DNA of 64,000 nucleotides from an uncultured Eudoraea sp. (GTDB lineage Bacteria; Bacteroidota; Bacteroidia; Flavobacteriales; Flavobacteriaceae): assembly GCA_965363995.1 (NCBI GenBank), contig CBDTVZ010000001.1, positions 10,928 through 74,927 on the forward strand. Direction: 5' to 3'. Within the stretch, counting starts at the first letter, position 1; each line of letters starts with the position of its first letter. Shown piece after piece: positions 49,655 to 59,741 of this stretch. Under the pieces are notes generated by a model. It was not told the origin of the DNA and did no database searches. It worked only from the letters and a program-made list of their open reading frames with translations. The position numbers and the translations under genes are program-made.

Positions 49655-50943
49655 TGTTTGATGTTATTGTAATAGGGGGAGGTGCTGCAGGGTTTTATTG
49701 CGCTATTCATATTGCAGAAGCAAATCCTAAATTAAAAATAGCAATTCTGGAGCGTGGAAAAGAGGTGCTGTCAAAAGTTAAGGTATCAGGTGGCGGCCGT
49801 TGTAATGTTACCCATGCAGAATTTGAACCTGCTTCATTGGTAAAAAATTACCCCAGGGGCGAAAAAGAACTTCTTGGCCCGTTTCACATTTATTCTACAG
49901 CTGATACCATACAGTTTTTTGAGAAACGCGGAATACATATAAAAACAGAATCGGATGGGAGAATGTTCCCAGCAAGTAACTCCTCCCAGACCATTATTGA
50001 CTGTTTTCTTGGTGAAATTCAGAAATACGGTATTACTCTCCTCAAGAGTAGCTCAGTTATTAATATACTGTCACTAAAAGACACAAAATCTGGTAAAGAA
50101 ACTTCATGGCAAGTACAATCAGTTAAAAAGGTTTATCAGTCAAAAAGAATTGTACTTACAACCGGGAGCAGTACTAAAATATGGAATTTGTTAGAACACC
50201 TCGGACATAACATTGTGGCACCTGTACCTTCTTTATTTACATTTAATATTAATGATAACAGAATTTCGGGAATACCGGGGCTGAGTACTCATGCCAGGAT
50301 TGAGATTTTACCCAGGCAGATGCTGGGGAAAGAGATCAATTCCAAATTTAAAAGCATAAAAAGGGGTGCTTCAAATTTGATTTCAGAAGGGCCTTTACTT
50401 ATTACCCATTGGGGTCTGAGTGGCCCGGTTGTCTTAAAACTCTCAGCCAGGGCTGCAAGATTATTGAATGAATACAACTACAGGTTTAGGGTTAGGATAA
50501 ATTGGATGCCCGATTATCATAAACAGGGGCTTTTATCTCTTTTTAATGAGATAAAACAGGTCGATCCTAAGAAGACCATTTACAAAACGAAAGCTATTGA
50601 TATCCCGGCAAGATTGTGGGGCAAATTGGTAATTGCATCGGATATAGCCAAAGATTTAAAATGGGCTGATGTTTCCGGGAAGCAGCTTGACAGGCTCGGG
50701 CAATTTATAACGGCTTCAGAATTCAATGTAGAAGGTAAGAGTACATTTAAGGAAGAATTTGTAACAGCCGGCGGTGTGGATCTGAAAGAGGTAAATTTTA
50801 AGACTTTTGAGAGTAAAATACTTCCTGGCTGTTATTTTGCTGGTGAGGTATTAAATATAGATGCAGTTACCGGAGGCTTTAATTTTCAAAATGCATGGAC
50901 CGGTGCTTATATCGCTGCTCAGGCGATTTCTAAGTCTTTATAG
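49654..50943 (+). CDS. HI0933/YhiN-family NAD(P)/FAD-dependent oxidoreductase
   Basis: GGGAAG, KVKVSGGGRCNVT, THWGLSGP, VTAGGV, TGGFNFQNAW. Confidence 0.92.
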   Translation: MFDVIVIGGGAAGFYCAIHIAEANPKLKIAILERGKEVLSKVKVSGGGRCNVTHAEFEPASLVKNYPRGEKELLGPFHIYSTADTIQFFEKRGIHIKTESDGRMFPASNSSQTIIDCFLGEIQKYGITLLKSSSVINILSLKDTKSGKETSWQVQSVKKVYQSKRIVLTTGSSTKIWNLLEHLGHNIVAPVPSLFTFNINDNRISGIPGLSTHARIEILPRQMLGKEINSKFKSIKRGASNLISEGPLLITHWGLSGPVVLKLSARAARLLNEYNYRFRVRINWMPDYHKQGLLSLFNEIKQVDPKKTIYKTKAIDIPARLWGKLVIASDIAKDLKWADVSGKQLDRLGQFITASEFNVEGKSTFKEEFVTAGGVDLKEVNFKTFESKILPGCYFAGEVLNIDAVTGGFNFQNAWTGAYIAAQAISKSL

Positions 50944-50953
50944 AAGACGTTAA

Positions 50954-51688
50954 TTAAACCAGCGGAAATGCCAGGTAAAGAAAAGCCGCAAGTACTCCTC
51001 CCAATATGGGTCCAACTACCGGAATCCATGAATAGGACCAGTCATTTATACCTTTATTTTTTATAGGTAAGAGGGCGTGCATAATTCTTGGCCCCAGATC
51101 CCTTGCAGGGTTAATTGCATAACCTGTAGTGCCACCCAGAGATAGTCCAATTCCCCAAACGACAAAGGCAACTGGAATAGCCCCAAGAGAACCCAAACCA
51201 ATTACAGTGTCTGACTCCACAATAGTGGCGTCCGTAAAAAAGAGAACTGCAAATACCAGAACAAATGTCCCCGTAATTTCCACCAGTAGGTTTGCAAAAG
51301 TATTTTTGATAGCCGGACTGGTGCTAAACACTACAAGTTTTAAACCTTGTTCCTCAGTTCGGTCAAAATGGTCTATGTAAATCAGCCATACTAATGTAGC
51401 ACCCAGCATAGCTCCCAGAAATTGAGCCAGCAAGTAGGAGGGGACCATATCCCAGGGAAACTCTCCGGCAGCGGCCAAACTTATGCTAACAGCCGGATTT
51501 ATATGCGCTCCGCTATATGGAGCAGCAACAACTACACCTACATAAACTCCTAAGGCCCAACCGGTTGTAATTACGATCCATCCGCCATTGTGTCCTTTAG
51601 TATCTTTTAGCACTACATTGGCGGTGACTCCGCATCCAAGTAGGACTAACAGAAATGTACCTATTATTTCAGCGATAAATGGTGTCAT
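50954..51688 (-). CDS. glpF: Glycerol uptake facilitator (MIP/aquaglyceroporin)
   Basis: SGAHINPAV and GYAINPARD; downstream of glpK. Confidence 0.93.
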   Translation of the reverse strand: MTPFIAEIIGTFLLVLLGCGVTANVVLKDTKGHNGGWIVITTGWALGVYVGVVVAAPYSGAHINPAVSISLAAAGEFPWDMVPSYLLAQFLGAMLGATLVWLIYIDHFDRTEEQGLKLVVFSTSPAIKNTFANLLVEITGTFVLVFAVLFFTDATIVESDTVIGLGSLGAIPVAFVVWGIGLSLGGTTGYAINPARDLGPRIMHALLPIKNKGINDWSYSWIPVVGPILGGVLAAFLYLAFPLV

Positions 51689-51707
51689 ATATAATATTAG
51701 TTTTTAC

Positions 51708-53198
51708 CTATTTTGCCCAAAATTCTAAAGCTTCAATGGCTTTGTACCAGCCATCAATCTGTTTGTTTATTGAAACCCGGTCTGTTGTTGGGTTAAAATG
51801 TACATCGGTTTGCCAAATCTCCTGAATTTGTTCCAGATTATCCCAGTAACCTATTGCCAGTCCAGCGAGGAAGGCAGCGCCCATCACCGTAGTTTCTACT
51901 ATTTTAGGCCTTACAGTTACTGTATTTAATACATCTGCCTGAAATTGCATAAGCAAATTGTTGACTGTTGCACCTCCATCTACCCGTAACTCCTTAATAG
52001 ATATCCCCGAATCTGCTTCCATAGCCTTTAAAATATCCATAGTCTGGAAGGCAATAGACTCCAGGGCAGCCCTGGCAATATGCGCATCTGTACTTCCGCG
52101 GGTCAGACCAAATATGGTGCCTTGTGCATGTTGATTCCAGTGTGGAGCTCCCAAACCTGCAAAAGCAGGGACAAAATATACCCCACCGGAATCCTCGACA
52201 GAACCCGCCAGTTGTTCCACTTCTTTAGATGTTTTAATGATTTTAAGACTATCTCTAAGCCACTGCACTACAGCCCCGGCAATAAATATACTTCCTTCAA
52301 GGACGTACTCAGTTTTACCATTTATTTGCCAGGCTACCGAAGTAAGAAGATTGTTTTTAGATACTATTGGTTTATCGCCAATGTTCATTAACATAAAACA
52401 TCCGGTACCATATGTATTTTTTACCATACCTTTTTTTGTGCACATCTGCCCAAATAATGCGGCCTGCTGATCCCCGGCTATTCCGGAAATTTTAATTCTG
52501 GTGGCAAACAATCCCGGAGCAGTATGTCCGTAAACTTCACTTGACTGTTTTACTTTTGGCAACATGCTTCCAGGAATAGTAAATAATTCTAAAAGCTCAT
52601 CATCCCATTCCAGCGTGTTGATATTAAATAAAAGTGTTCTGCAGGCATTGGTTACATCAGTCACATGTAATTCACCTTTAGTCATATTCCAAATGAGCCA
52701 GGCATCTATTGTTCCCATGATTAAATCGCCAGCCTCGGCTCTTTCCCTTACTCCTTCAACATTGTCTAATATCCATTTGACTTTTGTGCCAGAGAAATAA
52801 GCATCAATTACGAGACCCGTTTTTTCGCGTATCCATTGAGATTTCCCTTCATTTTTTAAAAGGTCGCAATATTCGGCAGTTCTTTTGTCTTGCCAGACGA
52901 TGGCATTATAAACGGGTTTTCCTGTTTTTTTATCCCAAACAACAACGGTTTCACGTTGATTCGTGATCCCTATTGCGGCTATATTCTTTGCTTCTAATCC
53001 TTTTTTAGTAACGGTTTCAGTGGCGATAGACACTTGTGTAGACCAAATTTCCATTGCATCATGCTCCACCCAACCCGGTTTGGGAAAATATTGTGCAAAT
53101 TCTCTTTGCGAAGTGGAAATAATACTTCCTTTATTATCAAAAATTACTGCTCTACAGCTAGTGGTGCCTTGATCAAAAGCAAGGATATAGGTTTGCAT
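51708..53198 (-). CDS. glpK: Glycerol kinase
   Basis: [37 protein letters not shown]. Confidence 0.97.
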   Translation of the reverse strand: MQTYILAFDQGTTSCRAVIFDNKGSIISTSQREFAQYFPKPGWVEHDAMEIWSTQVSIATETVTKKGLEAKNIAAIGITNQRETVVVWDKKTGKPVYNAIVWQDKRTAEYCDLLKNEGKSQWIREKTGLVIDAYFSGTKVKWILDNVEGVRERAEAGDLIMGTIDAWLIWNMTKGELHVTDVTNACRTLLFNINTLEWDDELLELFTIPGSMLPKVKQSSEVYGHTAPGLFATRIKISGIAGDQQAALFGQMCTKKGMVKNTYGTGCFMLMNIGDKPIVSKNNLLTSVAWQINGKTEYVLEGSIFIAGAVVQWLRDSLKIIKTSKEVEQLAGSVEDSGGVYFVPAFAGLGAPHWNQHAQGTIFGLTRGSTDAHIARAALESIAFQTMDILKAMEADSGISIKELRVDGGATVNNLLMQFQADVLNTVTVRPKIVETTVMGAAFLAGLAIGYWDNLEQIQEIWQTDVHFNPTTDRVSINKQIDGWYKAIEALEFWAK

Positions 53199-53342
53199 AC
53201 TATCGGAAGTGTGGATTTTATAGAATTAAAAATGAAAGGTAATAAATGTAATTGATTTATTACTTCGTAATTGCCTGACTTCAAATTACGGCACTTCAAG
53301 AAACCATAAAACATTATTAAAACTAATGAAACTGTTCAAAAG

Positions 53343-53816
53343 TTAGTTCATTTCCCAAATCTTATAATTTAAGATTGTAGCAAAGCAAACCCAGAGAAAA
53401 TAAGGAATGAGGAGATATGCTGCCGTTCTGCTCACCACATTGAACCATTTGATGGTTAGTAAAATCAATGCCAGCAGAAACAGAATTACCAACAGTGCCC
53501 AGAAGGGATTTTTAAATCCAAAAAAAACGACACTCCAGAGGGCGTTAAATAATAACTGAAACCCAAAATTATATAATGCCGTTTTCACCCAAATATGATA
53601 AAATCCTTTTGCCCATACAAGACCGGCTGCTATCCCCATTAGAATATATAGGAGTATCCAAACCGGGCCAAAAATCCAATTTGGAGGATTAAAACTGGGT
53701 TTATTTAGTGTAAGGTACCAATCGTTTACTGAAGACTGAGTTGCAAACCCAGATAAAAAACCTATGACAAGACATATAGTTACTGAAATGGCAATATAGG
53801 TTAGCTTCTTTTTCAA
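53343..53816 (-). CDS. tspO: TspO/MBR tryptophan-rich sensory protein
   Basis: WYLTLNKPSFNPPNWIFGPVW, NALWS, PYFLWVCFA; TTG start. Confidence 0.93.
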   Translation of the reverse strand: MKKKLTYIAISVTICLVIGFLSGFATQSSVNDWYLTLNKPSFNPPNWIFGPVWILLYILMGIAAGLVWAKGFYHIWVKTALYNFGFQLLFNALWSVVFFGFKNPFWALLVILFLLALILLTIKWFNVVSRTAAYLLIPYFLWVCFATILNYKIWEMN

Positions 53817-53887
53817 AATTAGTTGATGTAAGTTATCTAAAATAGTAATTTATTTTAATAGAGGCTATTGTAAATCGGGTTAAAAAC

Positions 53888-53895
53888 TATCTTTG
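53888..53895 (+). promoter_or_regulatory. Putative -7 promoter element of the mevalonate operon
   Basis: TATCTTTG matches TAnnTTTG, 17 bp upstream of the ATG at 53913. Confidence 0.55.
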
Positions 53896-53912
53896 TATAA
53901 ATTGTTGTGTGC

Positions 53913-54995
53913 ATGATCGAAAAAGACTTTATTCCTTCATCCTACAAGTATGAAAAGGAACAAGGTAGGGTACAGTGGAAAGCCCCAAGTAATATTGCAT
54001 TAGTTAAGTACTGGGGTAAGAAGCAAAATCAATTACCGGCCAATGCCTCAGTAAGTTTTACACTGGATGTGTGCAGAACTATAACGTCTGTGACCTTTAC
54101 TAAGCTTGATAAAACAAATAAGGAATTTTCATTTGATTTGCTTTTTGAAGGAAAACCCAGGGAAGATTTTAAACCCAAGATTGTAACATTTTTTGAGCGG
54201 ATTGAAAAGTATATTCCTTTTCTTAGAAATTATCATTTCTCTATCAATACTTCCAACACCTTTCCACATAGCAGTGGCATTGCCTCTTCTGCTAGTGGTA
54301 TGGCCGCTCTGGCTTTATGTCTAATGGATATAGAAAAACAAATGGCTTCCGAGATGGATCCGGATTTTTTTTATAAAAAAGCATCTTTTTTAGCGCGATT
54401 GGGATCGGGTAGTGCTTGTAGAAGTATTAAGGGTAATCTTGTTCAATGGGGGGATCACAACGAAATAATTGGGAGCACAAATCTATATGGAATACCCTAT
54501 CCTTATCCTGTAGACGAGGTGTTTAAAAGTTATCAGGATACTATTCTACTGGTACATAAAGGGCAGAAAAGTGTTAGTAGTACAGTTGGCCATGACCTTA
54601 TGCACGGCCACCCATTCGCTAATAATCGATTTGAACAGGCTCATGACAATCTAATACGTTTACGTTCAATATTCGCCGAAGGCAATCTGGATGATTTTAT
54701 AGAAGTAGTTGAGAGTGAAGCACTCACTTTACATGCCATGATGATGACCAGTATTCCTTATTTTATCCTGATGAAACCTAATACGCTGAACATTATTGAG
54801 AAAATTTGGGAATTTCGGAGGGCTACAAAAAATCATCTTTGTTTTACCTTAGATGCCGGGGCCAATGTACATCTACTTTACCCAAATAATGAAAAAAATG
54901 AGGTCAATAAGTTTATTAAAGAGGAGCTTATTGTGTATTGTGAAAATGGGCAGTATATTTGCGACCGAATTGGATTTGGGGCCAAAAAAATGTAA
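53913..54995 (+). CDS. mvaD: Diphosphomevalonate decarboxylase
   Basis: PSNIALVKYWGK, PHSSGIASSASG, RLGSGSACRS, TLDAGANVH. Confidence 0.9.
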   Translation: MIEKDFIPSSYKYEKEQGRVQWKAPSNIALVKYWGKKQNQLPANASVSFTLDVCRTITSVTFTKLDKTNKEFSFDLLFEGKPREDFKPKIVTFFERIEKYIPFLRNYHFSINTSNTFPHSSGIASSASGMAALALCLMDIEKQMASEMDPDFFYKKASFLARLGSGSACRSIKGNLVQWGDHNEIIGSTNLYGIPYPYPVDEVFKSYQDTILLVHKGQKSVSSTVGHDLMHGHPFANNRFEQAHDNLIRLRSIFAEGNLDDFIEVVESEALTLHAMMMTSIPYFILMKPNTLNIIEKIWEFRRATKNHLCFTLDAGANVHLLYPNNEKNEVNKFIKEELIVYCENGQYICDRIGFGAKKM

Positions 54996-55054
54996 TTTGA
55001 ACCATTATTAAGATTAATACACCCTATCTTAGAATAAAACTTAATTGAATTTAG

Positions 55055-55993
55055 ATGAAAGGACCTCTTTTTTATTCAAAAATTTTACTTTTTGGTGAAT
55101 ACGGAATCATCAAGGATTCCAAAGGACTCTCTATTCCTTACAATTTCTTTAAGGGAGCCCTTAAGAAAGACGAGAATCTGTCTGAAACAGCTAAGAAGTC
55201 TAATGAAAGCCTGAAAAAATATTTTCATTATTTAACCGATTTACAAGCTCAGGAACCCAAGTTATTATCTTTTGATTTGGAGGCCATAAAGGCTGATGTA
55301 GATGCCGGGATGTATTTTGACAGCTCTATTCCCCAGGGTTATGGTATTGGAAGTAGTGGAGCTTTGGTGGCCGCAATTTATGACAAGTATTCTATTGAAA
55401 AAATCACTGTACTAGAAAATCTGACCAGGGAAAAATTACTAAAACTCAAAATGATTTTCGGTAAAATGGAATCATTTTTCCATGGTAAATCTTCTGGTCT
55501 GGATCCTTTAAATAGTTATCTCAGCTTACCTATTCTAATTAATTCGCAAGAAAATATAGAATCTACCAGTATACCATCCCAAAATATGAATGGGAAAGGT
55601 GCGGTCTTTTTATTGGATAGCGGGATTACCGGAGAAACGGCACCGATGGTGCAAATTTTTATGGAAAAGATGAAAAATGAAGGCTTCCGTAAGGTTTTAA
55701 AAGATGAGTTTATTAAACATACCGATGCCTGTGTTGAGGATTTTGTTAGTGGTAATGTGAAGTCACTTTTTGGGAATCTGAAGCAACTCTCGCATGTGGT
55801 TTTGGACCATTTTAAACCTATGATCCCCAAAGAATTTCATAAACTCTGGGAGCGTGGTATAGAAACAAATGATTACTACTTAAAATTATGCGGATCAGGA
55901 GGGGGCGGCTATATTTTAGGATTCACTCAGGATTTGGCAAAAGCAAGAACTGCTTTAAAAGACCATCATTTAGAAGTAGTATACAACTTCTAA
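55055..55993 (+). CDS. Mevalonate kinase (GHMP family)
   Basis: KILLFGEY, PQGYGIGSSGA, HGKSSGLD, KLCGSGGGG. Confidence 0.88.
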   Translation: MKGPLFYSKILLFGEYGIIKDSKGLSIPYNFFKGALKKDENLSETAKKSNESLKKYFHYLTDLQAQEPKLLSFDLEAIKADVDAGMYFDSSIPQGYGIGSSGALVAAIYDKYSIEKITVLENLTREKLLKLKMIFGKMESFFHGKSSGLDPLNSYLSLPILINSQENIESTSIPSQNMNGKGAVFLLDSGITGETAPMVQIFMEKMKNEGFRKVLKDEFIKHTDACVEDFVSGNVKSLFGNLKQLSHVVLDHFKPMIPKEFHKLWERGIETNDYYLKLCGSGGGGYILGFTQDLAKARTALKDHHLEVVYNF

Positions 55994-56003
55994 GTCTCTA
56001 AAA

Positions 56004-56909
56004 ATGCTTAGTAGAAAAAACAAACTCCTGCTATTAAAAGGGCTGAGTCTGTTTTCCATCATAAGGGGGTATAATGTCCTTATGATAACTCTGGCCCAGT
56101 ATCTTGCGTCTATATATATACTTGCTCCGGACCTACCTTTACGTGAAGTGGTATTTGACCCAAATCTATTTGTGCTGGTATTGGCATCAGCTCTTGTAAT
56201 ATCCGGGGGCTATATCATTAACAGTTTTTACGACTCGGAGAAAGACCTAATCAATAGACCTCGAAAGAGTATGCTGGACCGATTAGTAAATCAACGTACT
56301 AAACTAAGCGCCTATTTTGTTTTTAACTTCCTTGCCGTTTTATTGGCCAGTTACGTATCCTTCCGGGCTGTACTATTCTTTTCTGCCTATGTATTTGGAA
56401 TTTGGTTTTATTCACATAAATTAAAAAAAATACCCTTTGTTGGAAACATAGTCTCAGCCACATTAATAATTGCCCCTTTCTTTGCAATATTTGTGTATTA
56501 TAGAAATTTGGATACAGTTATTTTTGTCCATGCTATTTTCCTATTTCTACTGGTTTTAGCCCGTGAAATGATTAAGGATATGGAGAATATTACAGGGGAC
56601 CTGGCTCAAAATTATAAGACTATTCCCGTTTTATATGGCCCAGTCTATTCTAAGTTGGGGATTAGTTTCTTAATATTACTCACTTTGATACCTGCTTCTT
56701 TGTTAATCAATAAATTTAATGTGGGTTATATGAATATTTACTTTATTGCCTGTATTCTTTTTTTAATATTATTCCTGATTTTGCTTTGGAAATCCAGAAC
56801 CAAGAGAGATTATATTTGGCTCCACAATATTCTTAAGTTTATAATTGTTGCCGGGGTTTTTAGTATATTATTAATTGATGTAGATCTCGTTCTAAACCGA
56901 ATATTTTAA
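56004..56909 (+). CDS. UbiA-family prenyltransferase, DGGGP-synthase-like
   Basis: Multi-TM; GYIINSFYDSEKDLINRP, YSHKLKK..GN, REMIKDMENITGD...TIPV. Confidence 0.82.
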   Translation: MLSRKNKLLLLKGLSLFSIIRGYNVLMITLAQYLASIYILAPDLPLREVVFDPNLFVLVLASALVISGGYIINSFYDSEKDLINRPRKSMLDRLVNQRTKLSAYFVFNFLAVLLASYVSFRAVLFFSAYVFGIWFYSHKLKKIPFVGNIVSATLIIAPFFAIFVYYRNLDTVIFVHAIFLFLLVLAREMIKDMENITGDLAQNYKTIPVLYGPVYSKLGISFLILLTLIPASLLINKFNVGYMNIYFIACILFLILFLILLWKSRTKRDYIWLHNILKFIIVAGVFSILLIDVDLVLNRIF

Positions 56910-57031
56910 TGCAGAATCTTCTAAGATTAGCTGTGGTACAAATTTACCCGGTATGGTTGGACAAAAAGGGCATCATTGCTAAAATAAAAGATACCATCCA
57001 AATCCCTTTACTACCTTTGCACAAAATTTAG
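56909..57031 (+). pseudogene. 5' remnant of a nitrilase/carbon-nitrogen hydrolase gene
   Basis: ATG overlaps the upstream stop (TAATG). MQNLLRLAVVQIYPVWLDKKGIIAKIKDTIQ resembles the nitrilase N-terminal strand/helix; stop after 40 codons. Confidence 0.6.
57012..57019 (+). promoter_or_regulatory. Putative -7 promoter element for the pseudouridine synthase
   Basis: TACCTTTG matches TAnnTTTG, 15 bp upstream of the ATG at 57035. Confidence 0.55.
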
Positions 57032-57034
57032 AAA

Positions 57035-57877
57035 ATGCGCAGACCGCAATCAAATAAGGATAAAAGTAAGACTCCGGGGAAAAGTAGAGAGTATACAAAA
57101 AAACCATTTTCCAAAGGACGTGTTCCATCAGGTCCTAAAAAGACCAAACCTGTTCCTTCAGACCCTGATTTAATAAGACTTAATCGCTATGTTGCCAATG
57201 CAGGAGTTTGCTCCAGGAGAGAAGCGGATACTTACATAGAAGCAGGAAATGTAACTGTTAACGGAAAGACCATTACTGAAATGGGACACAAAGTTAAACT
57301 CACTGATATTGTTAAGTTTGACGGACGATTACTCAATCCACAAAAAAAGGAATATGTGCTTTTAAATAAACCCAAGAATTTTATCACCACTACAAGCGAT
57401 GAAAGGGGGAGAAGAACGGTAATGGAATTAATTTCCAAAGCTTCAAAATCGAGATTGGTACCAGTTGGGCGGCTTGACAAGAATACTACGGGGCTCTTAC
57501 TATTTACCAATGACGGGGATCTTGCAAAAAAACTTACGCACCCGAGACATGGCATCCGCAAGATTTATCATGTTGAATTGAACAAAAACCTTAGGGCGGA
57601 GGATTTAAAAAAAATACAAGCAGGAATTACTTTAGATGACGGTCCGATCAAGGTTGATGAAGTAAGTTATATAAACAATTCTCCCAAACGCGAAGTAGGA
57701 TTAGAAATACACAGTGGCAGAAACAGGATAGTCCGGCGTATTTTTGAACATCTCGAATATGACGTAAAAAAATTGGATCGTGTGATTTTTGCGGGACTAA
57801 CTAAAAAGGATCTTCCCCGGGGACATTGGAGACATTTAACCAAGCAGGAAGTAATTAATTTAGGGATGAACCAATAA
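57035..57877 (+). CDS. rluB: RsuA/RluB-family rRNA pseudouridine synthase
   Basis: S4 domain RLNRYVANAGVCSRREAD; catalytic VGRLDKNTTGLLL; GRNRIVRR. Confidence 0.88.
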   Translation: MRRPQSNKDKSKTPGKSREYTKKPFSKGRVPSGPKKTKPVPSDPDLIRLNRYVANAGVCSRREADTYIEAGNVTVNGKTITEMGHKVKLTDIVKFDGRLLNPQKKEYVLLNKPKNFITTTSDERGRRTVMELISKASKSRLVPVGRLDKNTTGLLLFTNDGDLAKKLTHPRHGIRKIYHVELNKNLRAEDLKKIQAGITLDDGPIKVDEVSYINNSPKREVGLEIHSGRNRIVRRIFEHLEYDVKKLDRVIFAGLTKKDLPRGHWRHLTKQEVINLGMNQ

Positions 57878-57878
57878 T

Positions 57879-58319
57879 TTAGGCTTGCGACTCTAATGTT
57901 TTACCAAGATTATCCCTAACTGCAATCCAGAAAGCATTAAAAGAGGGGTTTGGGTGAGTGGATGAATCCGCCTTTTCTTTATAAGAATCTATCAATAGCC
58001 TGAAATAGTTGATTTGGTCATTGTCGCCAAAAAAATCGGCATAAGCCATTTCCCAATCCTTAAATTCCCGGGAATCTGCAACGCCATAAGCCAATAAGGT
58101 AACTTCCTTATGCCGCTTATCCACTTTGATCTTATCAAAAAGAGTAAGAACCTTTACTTGATTACCTTCAAGATACTGAATAAATTCTCCTTCATAATAC
58201 AATAAACAACCTGTTATATTATCACGTAAATTATTTTCTCTTGCCATATCAAGCAACTCATTTACATCAACTTGCTTAAAAGTAGTTAAGGCAATGGATC
58301 TATAAACAAGACAAAACAT
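57879..58319 (-). CDS. Stand-alone BLUF blue-light sensor
   Basis: LVYRS, ARENN..NITGCL, FIQYLEG, DKRH, REFKDWEM (Tyr/Gln/Trp/Met all present). Confidence 0.92.
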   Translation of the reverse strand: MFCLVYRSIALTTFKQVDVNELLDMARENNLRDNITGCLLYYEGEFIQYLEGNQVKVLTLFDKIKVDKRHKEVTLLAYGVADSREFKDWEMAYADFFGDNDQINYFRLLIDSYKEKADSSTHPNPSFNAFWIAVRDNLGKTLESQA

Positions 58320-58418
58320 GATAAATTGGATATCAGAAAAAGGATATGCACTAAAGATAAAATAATTAATGTTTAAGTCTAAATCAGAGATTGATTAATT
58401 AAATAACTAACATGAAAA

Positions 58419-59693
58419 TTATGTCTTCATTTTGGCCTTTATCTTATCCAGGCACAAATTACCCAGGCTCCCTTGGTGAGTGTGTTTTATTTGCTTTTCA
58501 GGTTTAAAGGACCCTGCTTCAATTTCAGCTCCTATTTGCTTATAGGCATCACGGAAAGGTATTCCACTTAGAACGAGCTTATTTAGTGTATCTACACTAA
58601 ACAGATAATCGTATTTAGGATCATCCAGAATAGTGAAATTCACCTTAATATCTTTTAAACTAAAAGTCATCATTTCCAAACAGGACTTTATTTCCTGAAT
58701 AGCCGGAATTATTAGTGCTTTTACCAATTGAAGGTCCCTGTGATAGCCACTGGGTAAATTAGTCGTGATAAGAGTAATCTGGTTAGGGATGGCCTGCAAG
58801 CTGTTACATTTTGCCCTGATAAGCTCAAAGACATCTGGATTTTTTTTATGAGGCATAATACTGCTGCCTGTTGTTAGCGCATCCGGAAAAGATATAAAGT
58901 TGAAATTCTGACTCATATAGAGACAAATATCCATTGACAATTTAGACAGAGTACCGGCAATTCCTGAGATGCCAAATGCAGTAGCTTTCTCCACTTTTCC
59001 TCGCCCCATTTGGGCAGCCACGACGTTGTATTTTAAATCGGCAAATCCCATTTCCGTAGTCGTATAAGAACGATCAATAGGAAAAGAACTTCCGTAACCG
59101 GCCGCACTTCCAAGTGGATTCTGATCAGCGATTTTGTAAGCTGCCTCTATAAGGTAAAGATCATCGACAAGACTTTCTGCATAGGCTGAAAACCACAATC
59201 CAAATGAAGAAGGCATAGCAATTTGCAAATGGGTATATCCGGGTAATAATTTTTCTTTATATTTTTCAGCAAGTTCAATTAGCAATTGAAACAGTTCTTT
59301 AGTCTGGTGTTTTATTTCAGATAATTCTTCCTTTAGATATAATTGCATGGCCACCAAAACCTGGTCATTCCTGGAACGTGCCGTATGAATTTTTTTTCCT
59401 GTATCACCAAGTTTTTCGGTTAGAATAAATTCTATTTTAGAATGAACATCCTCAAAAGTATCTTCAATGATAAACGTTCCTTCTTTAATACTCAGGGCTA
59501 TATTTTCCAGTTCGCGGACCAGTTCGAGTGTTTCCTCATTTGTCAATAAGCCAATTTTACCTAACATTTTCGCATGGGCCATGGAGGCTATTACATCATA
59601 CTTAGCAAGAACCAAATCTAATTCCCTATCATTGCCCACTGTAAAATGATCAATTTTTTTATCTGTGCTGTATCCTTTATCCCAAAGTTTCAT
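58419..59693 (-). CDS. argH: Argininosuccinate lyase
   Basis: HTARSRNDQ, PGYTHLQ, GSSIMPHKKNPD. Confidence 0.96.
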   Translation of the reverse strand: MKLWDKGYSTDKKIDHFTVGNDRELDLVLAKYDVIASMAHAKMLGKIGLLTNEETLELVRELENIALSIKEGTFIIEDTFEDVHSKIEFILTEKLGDTGKKIHTARSRNDQVLVAMQLYLKEELSEIKHQTKELFQLLIELAEKYKEKLLPGYTHLQIAMPSSFGLWFSAYAESLVDDLYLIEAAYKIADQNPLGSAAGYGSSFPIDRSYTTTEMGFADLKYNVVAAQMGRGKVEKATAFGISGIAGTLSKLSMDICLYMSQNFNFISFPDALTTGSSIMPHKKNPDVFELIRAKCNSLQAIPNQITLITTNLPSGYHRDLQLVKALIIPAIQEIKSCLEMMTFSLKDIKVNFTILDDPKYDYLFSVDTLNKLVLSGIPFRDAYKQIGAEIEAGSFKPEKQIKHTHQGSLGNLCLDKIKAKMKT

Positions 59694-59741
59694 TGCTTTT
59701 AATTTTAGTGGTTTCTCTTAAGTAAGGCTGTTTAAATGTAA

